Source: Amoebidium appalachense
Lineage: Eukaryota; Protista; Ichthyosporea
Length of the DNA: 64,000 nt
Assembly: GCA_963693365.1 (NCBI GenBank)
Contig: CAVNZM010000001.1
Span: forward strand, 3,674,907 to 3,738,906
Direction: 5' to 3'
The notes under the pieces are model-generated. The model was given only the letters and a program-made list of their open reading frames with translations, searched no databases and was not told the origin of the DNA. Below are positions 1 to 36,049 of this stretch, piece after piece. Each line of letters begins with the position of its first letter. Position 1 is the first letter of the stretch. The position numbers were made by a program, and so were the translations under genes.

Positions 1-463
1 CAACCCAAGCCAAACATTCGGTACAAACAACAATAAACTCCGACCACTGCAAGAAGGGCAATAAGACCGGGTGCATGCGACAAAAACCAAAAGAATTCGT
101 AAGAACGTCGTGTGCTTATTACTGATGACCCAACCCCCCGACCAAAAAAAAACAAAACCTTGCACTGCATAAACACAGAAAGAAACCCTTACAACACAAG
201 CAATCTCAGGAGAAGGAGGCGAGGGGGAGACGGGGGAAGGGGTGTGATTCTGAATTAAAAGGGGCTGGTGTGTTGGTGAAGACAAAACGTAATACAGAAG
301 GGGTACGCCGAGGGGAGTTAGGCACCGGGTGAAGGGGGGAAGGGGAGGGGGGGGGGGGAGGATATGAAGGGGGGGGGGGGGGAGGGAGGGGGGGGATTAG
401 ATTCTCTATTTCCACAACCCATGGGTTGTGGAAATAGAGAAAGAGAATGTGGGGGGAGAAGGT

Positions 464-2130
464 CTAGTCGAATCGACGATACACGTGGGTGAACTTGCGG
501 CTAAAGGGGTGCACCTGCATCTCCTGCACCTTGTAGATGATCATCTGTGCGTGCAGTGGATTGTTAGATACGGTGCATGGCGTGAATGGGTTAATATTTA
601 CACTTGATTTGGGGCATATGTCACATATAGTGCGCGGTTTGGCACATTGTCGCACGGCCACATACACATATGTCGCACACCTTTACACACACGCACACGG
701 ACGTGTTGGAACGCTACTTGCTACAGGCACACATGCGGCACACGCACACACACACACACACGCACGTGCACACACACACACAAACACACACACGCGCACA
801 CACACACACACACACACACTCACTCACTCACACACACACACACACACAGACGGTCCCCCCGACCCGTCCCCCTCCCCTCCCCTCCCCCCCCCCCCCCCCC
901 CTCAACACACACACACGAATCCCCTCCCCCCCACCTCCCCCCCTCTCCCCCCCCCCCCCTCCCCTAAACACACACCTCATTGCGCAGACTGGTAAGATCC
1001 TCGAGCGTAAACGGCTGCATCTGGATTGGTCTGCGGTCATACTCGGATCTAGACCACGTCTCCCTCACACGTGTGCCCCTGTCATTAAAGCGCACCCGCG
1101 TTTTGCGCCTTAGCAAATCATCCTCTTCGTCCCGTTTTACTTTAACGACCTTGCAGCCGTCGGGTACATCCTGCAAGGGGAAATATCCGGCATGTTTCGT
1201 TAGCAAGTTGACTATGATATTACGGGGCAAGGGGAGGAGGAGGAGGAGGGGGGGGGGGGGGGGGGGGGGGTGGGTATGCGGTGTGATGGGAAGGGTTGTT
1301 GGTGGTGGTGGTGGTGCAAAACTCACATGAAAAGGAATAGGGCCGTAACATCATACATCATAGGCTGTATGTGCGTGTGTGTGGTTGTGTCTGTGTGTGT
1401 ACGTGTATGCGCTTGACTATCTGGGTGAGTGGGCGGACGGGCATTATGGGCGGTGGGGGAAGGTAAGGTCGGAGGAGATGGGGCAGGGGATGCCATGACT
1501 GCATTACACCGACGACTCCGCGACCACAAACATGAACCGTCCAGAAGACAGCGCAGTAAAATGATTTGACATACCCCGAACCCAAAAAAACCAAGGCTAT
1601 GCCACATGCAGCATACGGGGGGTTTGCGTTACATAGCACGGAGGACATATTCATTCAGGACAACAACACAATGCAGACCACAGCGCACATCGATCATCAT
1701 CAGGTTGGAGCCCAATTCATCCACACCGGGGGCGAGGTGGTTACCGCACGAGGCATGTGCGCATGTGCGCAGGAGGAGAAGAAAGGGGGGGGGGGGGGGG
1801 GGGGGGGGGGGGGAGGGGGGGGGAGGGGGGGGGGAAAAAGAACGTGTTCATGCACACCTTGACCATGTTATCCCAGGCAAGCACGGTCAGCTGGGAGCCA
1901 GTCATGCTTGCATTCTGGTTGTAGCGGTCGTACCAGGCCTTCCTCTTTGTGGGCCCCTTGATGATCTCACCCACTAGCTGCGTCAGCGATACGTTGCCAA
2001 AGAGTCCACCGGAGCTGGAGTTCGTGCGTGTGGCTACTGGTTTGGGCTCTGTGGATGGGGGAAAAAAAGGGGGGGGGGGGGGGGGGGGGAGGGACGGGGG
2101 ATGGAGGGAGGTTGGGTGAGTGTGTGAAGA

Positions 2131-2184
<54 letters not shown>

Positions 2185-2626
2185 CAAAGTGAGCGTGTTT
2201 TTGTGGGCTGCACGTGTGTCGATGTGCCTGTATATGTGCGTGCGTATTGCACACCCTCCATCAACATGCACACTATTAGAGCACCCACGAGCACCATACC
2301 AAACCACTTCACTTAAAAACAACCCACCTATAACCCAACACAAAACGTCTTCTCTCCGCGTTGTTCCCCCCGTTCTTTCCCTTTCCTTACTTTTTCCCCA
2401 TTTGTTGTTCAAAAAACGCAAGTCTCATACTACCTGCCCCCAAAGCGCCTGGTTGCCTTCGCATAACAAACGATTCATCACTATACAGCCGCGTGTTAAC
2501 TTTCTTCTCGTGTGGACTCAGTACGGGTTGCCAGGAGGGAAGGTTTCGTCTGTGCTTGGGTTCGGGCCCCTGAGACACAGTGTCTACGTGTTCGTTGACT
2601 TCCTCGTCATAGGCTGCTTGCGGTAG

Positions 2627-2661
<35 letters not shown>

Positions 2662-2882
2662 GTGTGTGTGGGCATTGATGCGTGCACGCAGGCCAAGGAT
2701 AAAGGGTGGGAGGGGCGCCGGGGGGTGATGTATGTGTTAGAGGGTTGGAAATATGGAGGAGACAACAGGGGGGGGGGGGGGGGGGGGGGGGGGAGGGGGG
2801 TAGGGGGCGGTTAGCATGCGCACAATACGAAGTACGAATCACAACGCTTTTGGATATGCACACCCGGTATATGCAACATTTT

Positions 2883-2930
<48 letters not shown>

Positions 2931-4099
2931 AGGAAGAGCCGGAAGCACAGTTGCTCAGGAAAGGCTTGAGAGTGTCTTAGGTGTGCTTGTGTGAGTGTGT
3001 GTGAGTGAATGAGTGAGTGAGTGAGTGAGTGAGTGAGTGAGTGAGTGAGTGAGTGAGTGAGTGTGTGAGTGACTGAGTAGAGTGCCGCCTATGCAATCAC
3101 GGCTTGTCTGCTTTTGGGTTAGGCATGTGTGCATATGTGCGCATGCACACATCTGTACATGAATGTGCGCATCTATGCGTGTGCATGTATGAGCCTTAGC
3201 GCATGTACAGACATGTGCGTGTGGGTGGGAATGCCAGCTTGTGTGTGTGTGCGCACAAATGCAAACTGTGTCTGCACGTGTGAATGGTCATGTGTGTGAT
3301 GTTGGTGGCTGTGTGTGCTTGTGCATGTGCATGCTGTACCTAGGCGTGAGTGAGCGCACGCACACGGTATGTCAATGCGCGGGTGTGCACGTACGTGCTG
3401 TGCCTATGTGTGTGTGCACAAGCTCGTGTGTGTTATGTGGCAATGTGTGCATGTGCATGCAAACGTGTGTGCTGTGTCCTTGTGTGAATGTGAACGTGCA
3501 CGTGGGTGCTGCAATGGGTGTATGTGTGCGTATTTGTGTGCTGTGTGCCCGTATGTGTGTCTACATGTGTATGTCTGTGCATGTGCATTGTGTGTAGGTG
3601 TGAATGCCCACGTGCACGCTTGTGTGTTTGCATGTACATGCCAACGTGCGTGTGCATCCACATGTGTTGATATGCCCATGTGTGGGTATGTGTGTGCATT
3701 CCCGCGTTGTGCTTATGTGAGCATGCGCTTTTGCATGTGCCTGCTCATGTTCGTGTGCATACCTGTGTGCGTGTGCAGCACATCATGCCCATGTGCGTGT
3801 ATGCGCATGTGTGGGTGCCTGCACATGTCCGTGCTGTGTCTGTGTGCATGGTGTGTCTGTTTGCACGCACACCTCTGTGCTCTGTCAGAGTATGCATGTG
3901 CACAATCGACGAGCACACACTGGCACTCTATTGCGGTGGATGCATGTGGTAGCACTGACACGTATTGGTAACCACGAACACATGGACACGCTCTAGCAAA
4001 CACACACACACCTCCCTGTCGGCGCCCACACACACACACACGTCCGCGCAGGCGCGCGCACACACATACAAACACACGCGCATGCGCGCATGCACACAC

Positions 4100-4180
<81 letters not shown>

Positions 4181-5128
4181 CACACGTACCAAGGGCAACC
4201 TCACACCCGAGAGATTTGTGACTGAGTCGTTCAGAAAACATGGGATGGCGCCGGTAACAATGTTTAGCTTTGCACCGCCTCTCCTTCTCAATGTTGGGGC
4301 ATTATCCGCCTGAGGAAAGTCGATGTTAGAATAAAGTGTGGCAAAATGGATGACAGGACCAAGTGTTCACCTAAACAGGCACGCCTTTGAGCCGGGGGGA
4401 AGAGGGGCGGGGGGAGAGGGGGGAGGGGCATAAGATTGTGGTTTAGAGTAAAAGTACACGTTCATGAAGGAATATACAATTGATAAACATGGAAACAAGA
4501 GCGCAGATATAGAGTATGCATCCATATCCAGGGCACATCCTTTGAAGAAGGAGAAAGAGGGAGGGGGGTGCGCGGGGGGCGGGGGGGGGGGGGGGGGGGG
4601 GGGGGGGAGGGGAGGGGGCGGAAGAGATGCAGGGCATGACACACTGTATGGCTTGTGCAATCAACGACGTGGTGTAGTCGCAGGCTGGGGAGATTAGATT
4701 TCTCGATCTCATTTGGTTCTTGCTTTCCCTTCATTATTTCCTCCCCTTTTAGATTTTTATCACACCCTCGCCCGCTTATTATCTTCTATTTCTTGGATTT
4801 TTCTATCTTTATCTCATGGCATTTCATTTTATTTCGTTTTATTTTCAATGGGTGGGTGGGTGGGTGGGTATGGGACGGAGGTAAAGACAATGGCTGTGTG
4901 GATGTGGATGGCTAGAAGCCAAAACATGGGGCGGGACTTTTTTTTTTTTTTTTTGGTGGGGGGGGGGGGGGGTGAGGGGGGGGAAGAAGAAGTGGCGCGG
5001 GAAGAATGACAACAGGAAAAAGTATTAAAAAAGCATACGACCTAACCAGTCTAATTTCACCTACTCTTCCCCCCACTCCCTTGCCCTTGCTCCCCTCCCT
5101 CCCTTCCAGCCTCTCCTTCCCCCCTTCC

Positions 5129-5161
<33 letters not shown>

Positions 5162-6207
5162 ACGGCACCCCCCACAAAAAAAATAATAAATTTGAAAATA
5201 AGCCACCACCATCATGTCAATACCACGAGCACATCAAGAGGCGGGGGGAGGAGGGGGTGGGGAGGGGTAATTCTTCAGCGTAGCTCACACCAAAACATGT
5301 GTACGGGTCCTATGCTCTCTCTTCGTGTCTGTTTGCGTCCCCCATATTGGAATGCAGATACATATGCAGCGTGGTGTATGGTGTGAGTGTTCGTGTGAGT
5401 GCAGCTCTGTCTGTGCTTAGTGCACGTTCGTAGTGTGTGTGCGCGTGTGTGCACGTGCGCAGATGCGTGCGCAAATGTTTCCACATGTTTTGAACCATTA
5501 AACCCTGCATACGATCCAACTTTGCTGTGTCCATGTACAGGACTTCATTGTGTGCATGCAGTACTAGTGTTATTGTGTGCGTGCAGTACTAGTGTTATTG
5601 TGTGTGTGCAGCACTAGTGTGCGTGTGGTACTGGTATTACTGTGCGCATGCAGTGCTAGTATAATTGTGTGCGTGCAGTACTAGTATTATTGTGTGTGCA
5701 GGTTCAACCACTCTAATGCTGGTAGACCCGGGGACAGGGGAGGGAGAATGGGGGGGTTGCCGTGGAGGGGATCAAGCGGGGGGTAGTTTTTAAAAAGATA
5801 AGTTTTCTGTATTAGGTGAACAGACTTAAAGAAACATTAAATAGTCAGGACATCAAACATACCTCTAAAGCATCACATGGCTCCCGCCGTCTAAACTGAG
5901 GTAGCCGTTCGCGCGTGGTTGCGTGTTCCTTAATCTCTACAAGTTTCTGCAGGTGTGCAAGGGCGCCTGTATTGTCCCCGTTTGGTTGCGACGCGCTCTC
6001 ATAATCCCACAAGTCGTATTTGTACTCATCTTCAATAGCTTTCCTATTTTCATATTTTCTTAGCGTGTGAAGATCGTTTGTGCTAAAATGACGTCTCAGA
6101 TCACAATCCCCCTCTCCGTCTTCTTCGTCTATTTCAAGTTGATCTGCCAGGCTCTCGTTGCTTGGAAGGTGGGCCACATTGGGCATGGATGGCATGTACA
6201 TGGGCAT
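464..6207 (-). CDS. Multi-exon PHACTR/Bni4/Afr1-type protein phosphatase 1 targeting protein
   Basis: Exons 976-1170 and 464-544 splice in phase 0 (GT..AG) to give RVRFND..ETWSRSEYDRRP..LRNE|MIIYKVQEMQVHPFSRKFTHVY. This matches the C-terminal PP1-binding module of PHACTR/Bni4 (RVxF, YDRR, EMEVH..SR..T). Upstream exons at about 1858-2049, 2432-2626, 4200-4310 and 5863-6207 have canonical splice sites; the N-terminal joins are less certain. Confidence 0.75.
5555..5700. repeat. Degenerate ~25-bp tandem repeat (gcgtgcagtactagtgttattgtgt)
   Basis: About 5-6 imperfect copies read directly; intronic. Confidence 0.7.
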
Positions 6208-9200
6208 GGTGGTGAGTTATCGAGCGCGCAAAAACGCACACACACGCTGAAAATAAGACCAGAAATATTTGAAATTGAGGGTAGCCAATTAGGGGCTACG
6301 CTCTATGATGGTGAAACAACAAAAGATGCAGAAGAGGCTAGCCCTATTGTGCTAAATCTGGTTGACAAGTTTCTAAACGCACAATACTAGCGTACTTGAA
6401 CAACTTAACCGTTGAATGCTCTATAGCGAAACGTTTGATGGCAAAAAAGCTCAAACTGCCCAGATGTGCGCCGGTACCACGAGTTTTCTTGATTTTGGAT
6501 TCTCATTCCTGTTTTGAGGATATCTAGGGAAACGAAAACGTAGATGCACTAAAGATGGGTAGGTGGCTGCTATTCAATGCGCAACCAAAAAAGGTTTCCT
6601 ATTGAACAACGGCAAGTAAATTTCACTATATTTAATGATGCCTATAACCCCTTATACAGCCTCAACGGACGGTGACGGGGTGAATACGTGCACATAGCCT
6701 GACGCTTTCGCATGATGCGGCTTTCGTTTGTTTGCAAACTATGCCGTAAAAGCCGTCTAAAGCTTTACATGACTTGGATGCTTACAGCCCCAATTAGAAA
6801 ATTTGTAAACAGATTTTGTGCTTTTAAAAGCTTTCAACACCAATCATAGTTGGTATAAATATAAAGTGGATCACCGAATTTTTATACCGTTTCACTTCGG
6901 CATACCCGCATGCCACAATCAGACTATCCCGAATATCGATATACTAGCTTCAATGGTACAACCGGGCCCTTCGGACCCGCCTTATACATCGTGCTTATAC
7001 ATCACAATGTAGAAGAAGACCTAGCCAACTGTAACACCACACCATTGCAGCGATAAAAGAAGCCTTAGAGAAAGAAAAGAAGAAAAAAAATAAAAATAGG
7101 GGAAATGGGTAAAAGACTGGGAATGAAAACGAAAAAACGTAGTGCACAGGGCATTGCAAATATGTATGGTGCAGTGACCCCATATGCATCAACATAGCGC
7201 ACGACCTGGCCTTATCCACGGGAAGCGGTATACCTACGGACTTTTCCAGGGGCGTGCGTTATCCCATCTGTTGCGGAGATATTCAGTCATCCACATTTGA
7301 GATAACCTGGGATACAAAACTATTAACAAAACGTATTTTGGGACTCTTTTAGGATAACTTACTGTCATAAATGCAAAAGTGCTGTAGGATAGGTTTACAC
7401 AATTGCGTCTGGATTTGGCTTTAAAGTGGTAAACATATCCAAAGAATGCTTGCCGCCTGGCACATGATGTTAAAGAGGGTTGTGCCAGTTTCGCGTCATG
7501 TTTCAAAATGTAAATTCACCAGCATTTTGTATGCGATATAATTATCATGATGTTTTTCCAAAAATCTATTTTTTTGTATTGGTTATCAAAGTATTTCTAC
7601 AAAATGTTTACTTGATGCAAACCAGCTGCATTTTTGCACATTGTACTCTTCTTATGGCTAAAACAAAGTTATACTATGCTGTAAAACGATATATATAATA
7701 TATTAAAATGTTTTTGTAATTAGTTTTTTTTAGTTTTTTACTAGTTTTTAGTTATTGACATATTGCAGGTACATAACGACACCTGATATGATTGAACATG
7801 TATCACACGTGCTGCGGGGCTGGTGCTCTGCAAACTTAGAGTTGGTGATTGGCTCGATGTCGCAGGACCAGTTGCCCGCAGTTCGAGCTAACAGACACGA
7901 CCCGGAGACTTTGGAACTAGTGCACTCATGGGCACGATTTCACAGTAAATAGGTCAAGAAATGTTGTATTTATTACGAATTCTAAACTAAATTGTTGCTG
8001 GAAAACAGCAATAGATAGTTCATAATAAGTTTTGTTGGTTTTCCGTGATATATGACCGCTGACTCCTACCGTTGGCCATCTCTTCTCGACTCGGGCCGCG
8101 AAAGAGCCTGCCCGTGATGTAAGGCTTAGCAGTGCACCTGGCCTGTTTGAGCTTCTTCACTATGATTGGACTATGCTTTCTCAATACAAGCGGGCAGTAT
8201 TTGTCCAGTGAACTTTATGCTGATAAATGCATGAGAAATGCAACATATTTGTGTAAAGAACAGTTTTATGCATGTTGTTTAATGTTATATTACTTTTTGT
8301 TCATCGGGCTACAAGAGTCGAAGTCGTTTTTCATGAGCCATAGTCGGAGTCTTGACTCGTTGCTTGGCTTATTGGAATAAAGTCATGTATAGCTCTGCCG
8401 GATCCCAAATGTTGGCTGCACTCGCTCAGGTTGGACGCTATTGGCTTCTTGAGATCTCCCTTCCCGGCTGCAAATGAAGACCCCATGTCCATTTGTATGT
8501 AACTAAAAAATGTAAAATAAAGCTTCTACAGAAATGAAGTTTACATTAGTTTTCCTTAATTTGTATTTCTATGACCGCACAATATTCTTTATATCTTATG
8601 GTTTCAGTGTAGCTGGAATCCATAAACTATAATTTCGCAAACGCCAGGTAACACACAATGATTCATTTCGCTGAATTTTCTGAGGGGTGTTGGGGGATCC
8701 TGCGCCCCCGCTCCGCATGCGGCACAAGTAAGGGTATCTAATGTAAGACTTCTTTTCTTTTGACTGGATTTATTCGACGGAAAGATATGCAAGTATGCAC
8801 GGCATACTGAGAAGACATTTTTCTTTTGACTCGGTTTTATTGATCCGTTGATGAAGGCAACGACAATAAAAACTTCACGAGTTATCCAGTAACAAGTGCA
8901 TACTGAGATACCTGAACACTGTGTGAAAATGATATAAATGCTCAATGTGACGACCAACAGAATTCAACAAAAAGTCTAAAGTGGTCACATTGCCAGCCAG
9001 TGTAGCAGACACCCGTAGGAAAAGAGGTAAAACGCGACATAAAAACTCACACCTATCAACATGCTTGCGATTAAAAAGTTCAGCACAAAAGTGGCACCAG
9101 CGGCGACTATCGGTACACTATATAGGTTGAAGTATTGGGTTTCCTAGTACGGCATTCTGATTGGCTACAGGAGAACGGATAGACCTGGGGGTGCATTGGT

Positions 9201-9855
9201 CTTGTTGTAAAACCCCACTTTTTGTGTTGAAAATTAGTCACAGTATAATTTAGGCTTTAGTTTGAAAATCAAACATCACCCTATTCCGCTAAACATTTCA
9301 TGCCCTGAGAGGCGTTTCCGCATTCAAGTTCTGTCTGCGCCAGTCAGCCAGCACTAAAGGTTGTTTTTGTGCGTGAGTCTGTCAGTCTGTGCAGCTGACC
9401 GTTGAAGGAACACAAGCAAGAGGACTAGAAACCCTCGTAAACTCGTAACTGTCAAATCTACCCCGGCTGAATCTGTTTCTCCGACCCCTGTGTGTCTACC
9501 GAGCTTCAGCTCTCCTGACATTCTCCTTTCGAAGGTAAGTTAAGGCTAGGCTATGCAGCTGGTCATGATGAGCGTCCGAGCTAATGAAAGTGTGAAGAAC
9601 CATTGTTTTGAGAAACTGATGATTGCTTTGTTGTTGTGGATCTTCTCTGCTCAGCGAGGCTGTGCTCCTAACCGATTTTCTTCCGGTGGCATGTGACTCG
9701 TCTTCACCTGGCAATCCGCCACCTTCTCACACAGCATTAGAGATCTTGTAGATCAGCTGAACATGCCAAGGATCTCTGTGCATGGCCAACTATCAAAACA
9801 TTGCTCCAATATGGTTTCTGAAGTCTAAAAAGCGGTGATATGATAGTGACGTTCT

Positions 9856-10227
9856 ATGGCAGTAGCTACTAAGATCTTGCATTTGCCACACACAGACACA
9901 CTGCTAACACTCATGCCCACACCAGAATTTGAACCCATCAACGACAACATGGATAGCCACAGCACCTCCATCACAAGCCAAACCCCACTCCATGACACTT
10001 CCTGCTCGGAAGCCTCCAAGTGCCACTCGCCAAAGAACGTCGCCCGTAAGACCTCTCTCGTTCAAGAGCAGCTAGGGAGAAAGCCATCTCTTACCGTTCC
10101 TGCCTTTTCGAGTAAGAGCTTTTGCCCTCCAGATCACGTTGTTCAGGTCCCCACGTCAGAGGAGTTTAACATCAGCGAGATTCTGGTGGTGCCGCCAAAG
10201 GCCAGTGGTAGCTCTGACAAACTCTGA
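9856..10227 (+). CDS. Small Ser/Thr/Pro-rich hypothetical protein (123 aa)
   Basis: ATG-initiated ORF of normal complexity. An upstream canonical donor (aag|gtaagt, ~9535) and acceptor (cacag, ~9733) suggest a spliced 5' UTR. No recognisable domain. Confidence 0.4.
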   Translation: MAVATKILHLPHTDTLLTLMPTPEFEPINDNMDSHSTSITSQTPLHDTSCSEASKCHSPKNVARKTSLVQEQLGRKPSLTVPAFSSKSFCPPDHVVQVPTSEEFNISEILVVPPKASGSSDKL

Positions 10228-11334
10228 AATTTCTCTCACAAAAAGAGGTGAGACACGGGGGCATTGTTAAAGTCAAACGACCCGCGTATAAACCTTTTTT
10301 ACTGCTTCTATTTCTTTCACAAATATGCGAGTATACACGTTCAAAAGTTTTTTTCCCCTTTTTTGTTTGCCGTTGATAAGCACAACAATACCAGGGCTAT
10401 GGTGATAAACATGCCGCACGAATTTTTTGCTTAACAGTGTCACATGGCTTCATCCGTTTCTCCGATCTTGACCTTCATGTTTCTCAACGGAGTGTACTCA
10501 GGCTAGCACCGAAAAAAATAAACTAATTATTTTGCGTCACGTAGAATTAGTTAACAGCCAGAACACGGTCATTCTCAAAGTTATTAATGCCTTAAAAAAA
10601 GGGGAGTGATAGGGTAAGGACTCTGTATGTAGCCTATGTTGTATAGGATTTTCTATCTGCCGACTCTACTGGCTAGTAATTTATGAGCTGTCACTTGGAG
10701 GCCTTGTGCCTTTCTGAGATCATCTGAAGACAGAATGTGTGAGGAAAGAGACGAGGTGGCAAGGGGGTTTTCTCTTTCTGGAAATGTTTTGGCAGAATCG
10801 GCCGTCTCCGTCCCGGAGTGGGTCCGGAAGAAGGTTGTGTGTGTGTGTATGTATTTAGGACCGTTTGGCCATGGGAAAAAACAGCAACGATGGGAAGATG
10901 CATCCCCATGAATTTCTTCAGCAAATTCAGCCCCTTCCATGAGTGTTGTGCACACACACACACACACACCGTGACACACACACAAACACAAACACACGTG
11001 TGCGCACGCACACACTCACACACACACACACAGAAGGCATATGTAAGCGCGCAGCCGACGGCAAAGGCACACTGTATGCATGCCAAGTGTCTGTTTCACA
11101 CTCGCGCATTTAGACAAACTTTCCAACCATTCTCTCAGATATCAATAATGCCTTGTAATAAGATGTTTCGGCTTTCTTTTGCACCGCCATATGTTTGCAT
11201 GTCACAATGATTTTTAGTGGCTGCAGTGTAGGCTGATGTTCAGTACTCCACCCAGGAGTCGTGGATGGGCGTTGGCCCTAGTGGTAGTGGTGGTGGATAA
11301 AGAGGGGGGGAGGGGGGGGGGGAGATCCAGACCA

Positions 11335-11530
11335 CACATAGAGTATGCATGATAAATCATCCTCCGGGGGGGGGGGGGGGGGGGCACACTTTACCCACAG
11401 TACCCGAGTTTCGACCCATTCAGCTCATCGACGAAACCCAACTCAGATACTGTTTCACTTGAACATGGGTGGGTCATCCGTTTTAATCAAAGGCGACCAG
11501 GTTTACTTATGCCGGGGCCGAGGGAGAGGC
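11335..11530 (-). mobile_element. Diverged copy of the G-run-flanked structured non-coding element
   Basis: Shares ccacagtacccgagtttcgac...cgaaacccaactcagatactgtttcacttgaacatg with the copies at 44708, 45100, 53081 and 56311; flanked by G runs. Orientation is inferred. Confidence 0.75.
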
Positions 11531-11595
11531 GGGGGGGCTGGGGGGGGATGTCATGTGTAATGACCCATAAACCCTTCGAACATAAAAATAGGTAG

Positions 11596-11706
11596 AACCT
11601 CAGGATACATGTTTTTTAGTGACAGGGGAGTAAAAGCCAAAACCTTGTGAATCGAACCTCGGGATACATCTTTTTTAGTGACGGGGGAGTAAAAGCCAAA
11701 ACCTTC
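11596..11706. repeat. Two-copy tandem duplication, period ~59 bp
   Basis: aacctc(a/g)ggatacat(g/c)ttttttagtgac(a/g)gggg(g)agtaaaagccaaaacctt occurs twice. Confidence 0.8.
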
Positions 11707-11828
11707 AAGTGTGGATCAAAAAGTCCAAGCTGTGTGCTCAAGCTTTTTTTAACTTTGCCAAATTCGGGCCGTGTGTCTATGAGGTGCAGGGTGTGCATGT
11801 GCATGTGCATGTGTGTGTGTGTGTGTGT

Positions 11829-11877
<49 letters not shown>

Positions 11878-12502
11878 TGCGCGCATGTGTGTGTGTGTGT
11901 GTGTGTGTATGTCACAGTGTGTGTGTATATGTAACGGTGTGTGTGTGTGTGTGCGCGCGCGCGCGCGTGCGCACATGTGTGTGTGTGTGTGTGCTTGCGT
12001 GTGTGCGTGCATGTGTTTTTGTGCTTTTTGGGGGGGGGGGGGGGAGGGGGAGGGGGGGGGGGGTGAGGAGTAGCCAGCTGCTTCAGGGACCAAACCAGTC
12101 TTCTGCATTAGCAAGTGTTTGATTGAGATCATCCTCACAGAGGACGTATTGCTACTGTTTCAGGCATCCACTGTTTGCCTGACATCCACTTCATGTGTCG
12201 CTAGCAAACTTCACTAAAAATATTCACAGAAAAAATAAATACCTAAATTCTGCATTATACTATAAATTCGCGAGCCCTCGATCACAAGCGTGTTAAGTAC
12301 AGGCGAGGTGCAATTAATCGAAAACTATGGGCCTATTACTTGCGCGAGTTTAAGTTTAAATCAAAATTTGCAAAGAGCAATATAATGGCCTCGATGATAT
12401 AGGTACTGTAAAAGAGTAGTATGTTAGTACACACTTACTTTGAACAAAAGACCCAACTAAAAGCCATTAAATAATCATGTATATATACACCTCTTTCGCG
12501 AT

Positions 12503-17923
<5,421 letters not shown>

Positions 17924-18411
17924 AGTGCCTGGTGGTTGCTATTATTGACTGATTTGTGTTATTTAAACAGTGCTGTGCATCGGTGGCTGTTGTAGGCAAC
18001 AAAGGAACTTCTGAGTAGGGGCCCAGTTGTAATAATCACCGGTCTTCTATTAGCTGGCTAGCTGCATTGTTAAGATAGAGGTATCGTTCTTAGTGCGTTA
18101 TTATTGCTGCATTCACAGCCTCATATTTACTGGGAGGCCACATGGAAAAAACAACGAGTGTGGTTCGCTGATTCTCAGCGTGTGAGGGACCTTCGGTTGT
18201 TTTTATACCTTGGAATGGGCAGCTGCCGATACTGATCTATCTATTAACCAATAACAACGCATTCCAAAGGGATGCAAAATTACCATCAACTCTTTTTTGA
18301 GGAGGAAATAAAAACACTGCTAATAAGCAGCAACAAAGAAGCTGGAATTTTTTTGTCACTCATCTAAAATATTAATTTCATAATATTTAAATAACTTCAA
18401 AAAATAAGCCG

Positions 18412-34490
<16,079 letters not shown>

Positions 34491-35529
34491 TCTGCTGCTC
34501 TTTGCTGCTCGTGCACGTGTAGGTGCACGTGTGTTTCGAATTCGTGTGTGTTTGTGTGAGCGTGCTTGTGCATGTGCGTGTGTGTGTGTGTGGTATGTGT
34601 ATGCTTGTGTGCGTGCTTGGTGAAGACAATTTTTAGCTGGCTGTTAATCCTGAAAGAACAGCAACGGTTTCGAAACTGATGTTCATGTAAGTTTTCCTAT
34701 CGACAAAAAGCCAGCCAGCTCCAATACACAACCACCCCTCTCTAAACTATGTATGAAAGCGCCAAAATAATACACTTCCTCTCAAAAACAGTGTATAATA
34801 CAACCCATGCACACGAATGTATTTCGGAAGTGCGCCTAGTGAATGTGTGCTGCCGAACAGTTCAACCGTTGCACACGAAAATGTTGTGCCAATCGAAATT
34901 AAATCTGCCGGTCTTGCCCGGATCTTCAAAAGTATGCAATTCGACGCATTTCATTGGCAAATAACTCCTGATTGCCTGCGGAGCAGCAGCAGCCCCTGCC
35001 CTAGTAGCCACTAATATGTAGCAATGACATTAATAGATATTATTTTGGTATAGAACAACCTTCCAGTGACGATGGGTTCCGACGACTGAGCACTGCAGGC
35101 GCCTGGACTGTTGGCCCTGTTAAATTTGCTTCGCTCTGTTGGGAAACTGCTTTTTTTACGTGTCCAATACCCAACGACGTTAGATAACCAAATATGTAGT
35201 CCATAATTCGAGCGCTTGATTGCGCAAACAGTCACTTGTGTAACAAATTGCACAAATATGCGGGCGCAGGATCGATATCAAACTATCACTGTGCAAAAGC
35301 ATGAAGTCCCAAAAATACAGAATGTATCTACACATCTCTCGCACATACGCTGCAAACACGGACTAAAGACCAAGTCACTGTGAAGACCTTACCAATTCCC
35401 CGGCTTTCAAATTGAAAAAATACATGAATAAGAATTTAGAGGGCACACGTGGGCGTCCAGATATAATAACAATCCCAGGAAAACCTTCGCCTGGGTGATT
35501 GGAAGTGGGCTCTTGGTCTTCGGTCTGCC

Positions 35530-35562
<33 letters not shown>

Positions 35563-35870
35563 CTCCTCCCATCTCCCTTTTCCCCCCCTCCCCCCATCCA
35601 CCCCCCCCCTCTCTCTTCCTCCTCCAATTCTCCGCACACGCCTAACCACACCAAAAAAATTACACCTCTCCTCTTCCCCTGGGCAGTAGCACACATTCAC
35701 ACGTGTGCGCACACATCATACAAACACACGTACGCACACCAGGCAGCGGTTCTGGATAAGACCTTAAATAAAAAGGTCCAAATCCAAAACACAACGTGGC
35801 GCACGCGCGCGCACGCACACACTCACACACACACTCACACACATGCACACACACACACTCTCACACACAT

Positions 35871-35920
<50 letters not shown>

Positions 35921-35995
35921 TTCAAAAGTGTATGGATTAGCTGGACAAAAATGTTATACTCTCTCAGAATACGGATTAAGGTGTACTTGAAGACG

Positions 35996-36049
<54 letters not shown>

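Noticed and set aside
11270-11295. tRNA-like A box (tggccctagtggta)
   Set aside because: No B box or cloverleaf follows.
10653-12200. Additional minus-strand gene between the 9856 ORF and the Agd3-like gene
   Set aside because: Some exon-like stretches, but I could not build a consistent phase chain or recognise a motif.
35998-36047. ~50-nt poly(A) as a retrocopy tail
   Set aside because: No TSD or recognisable upstream element could be identified.
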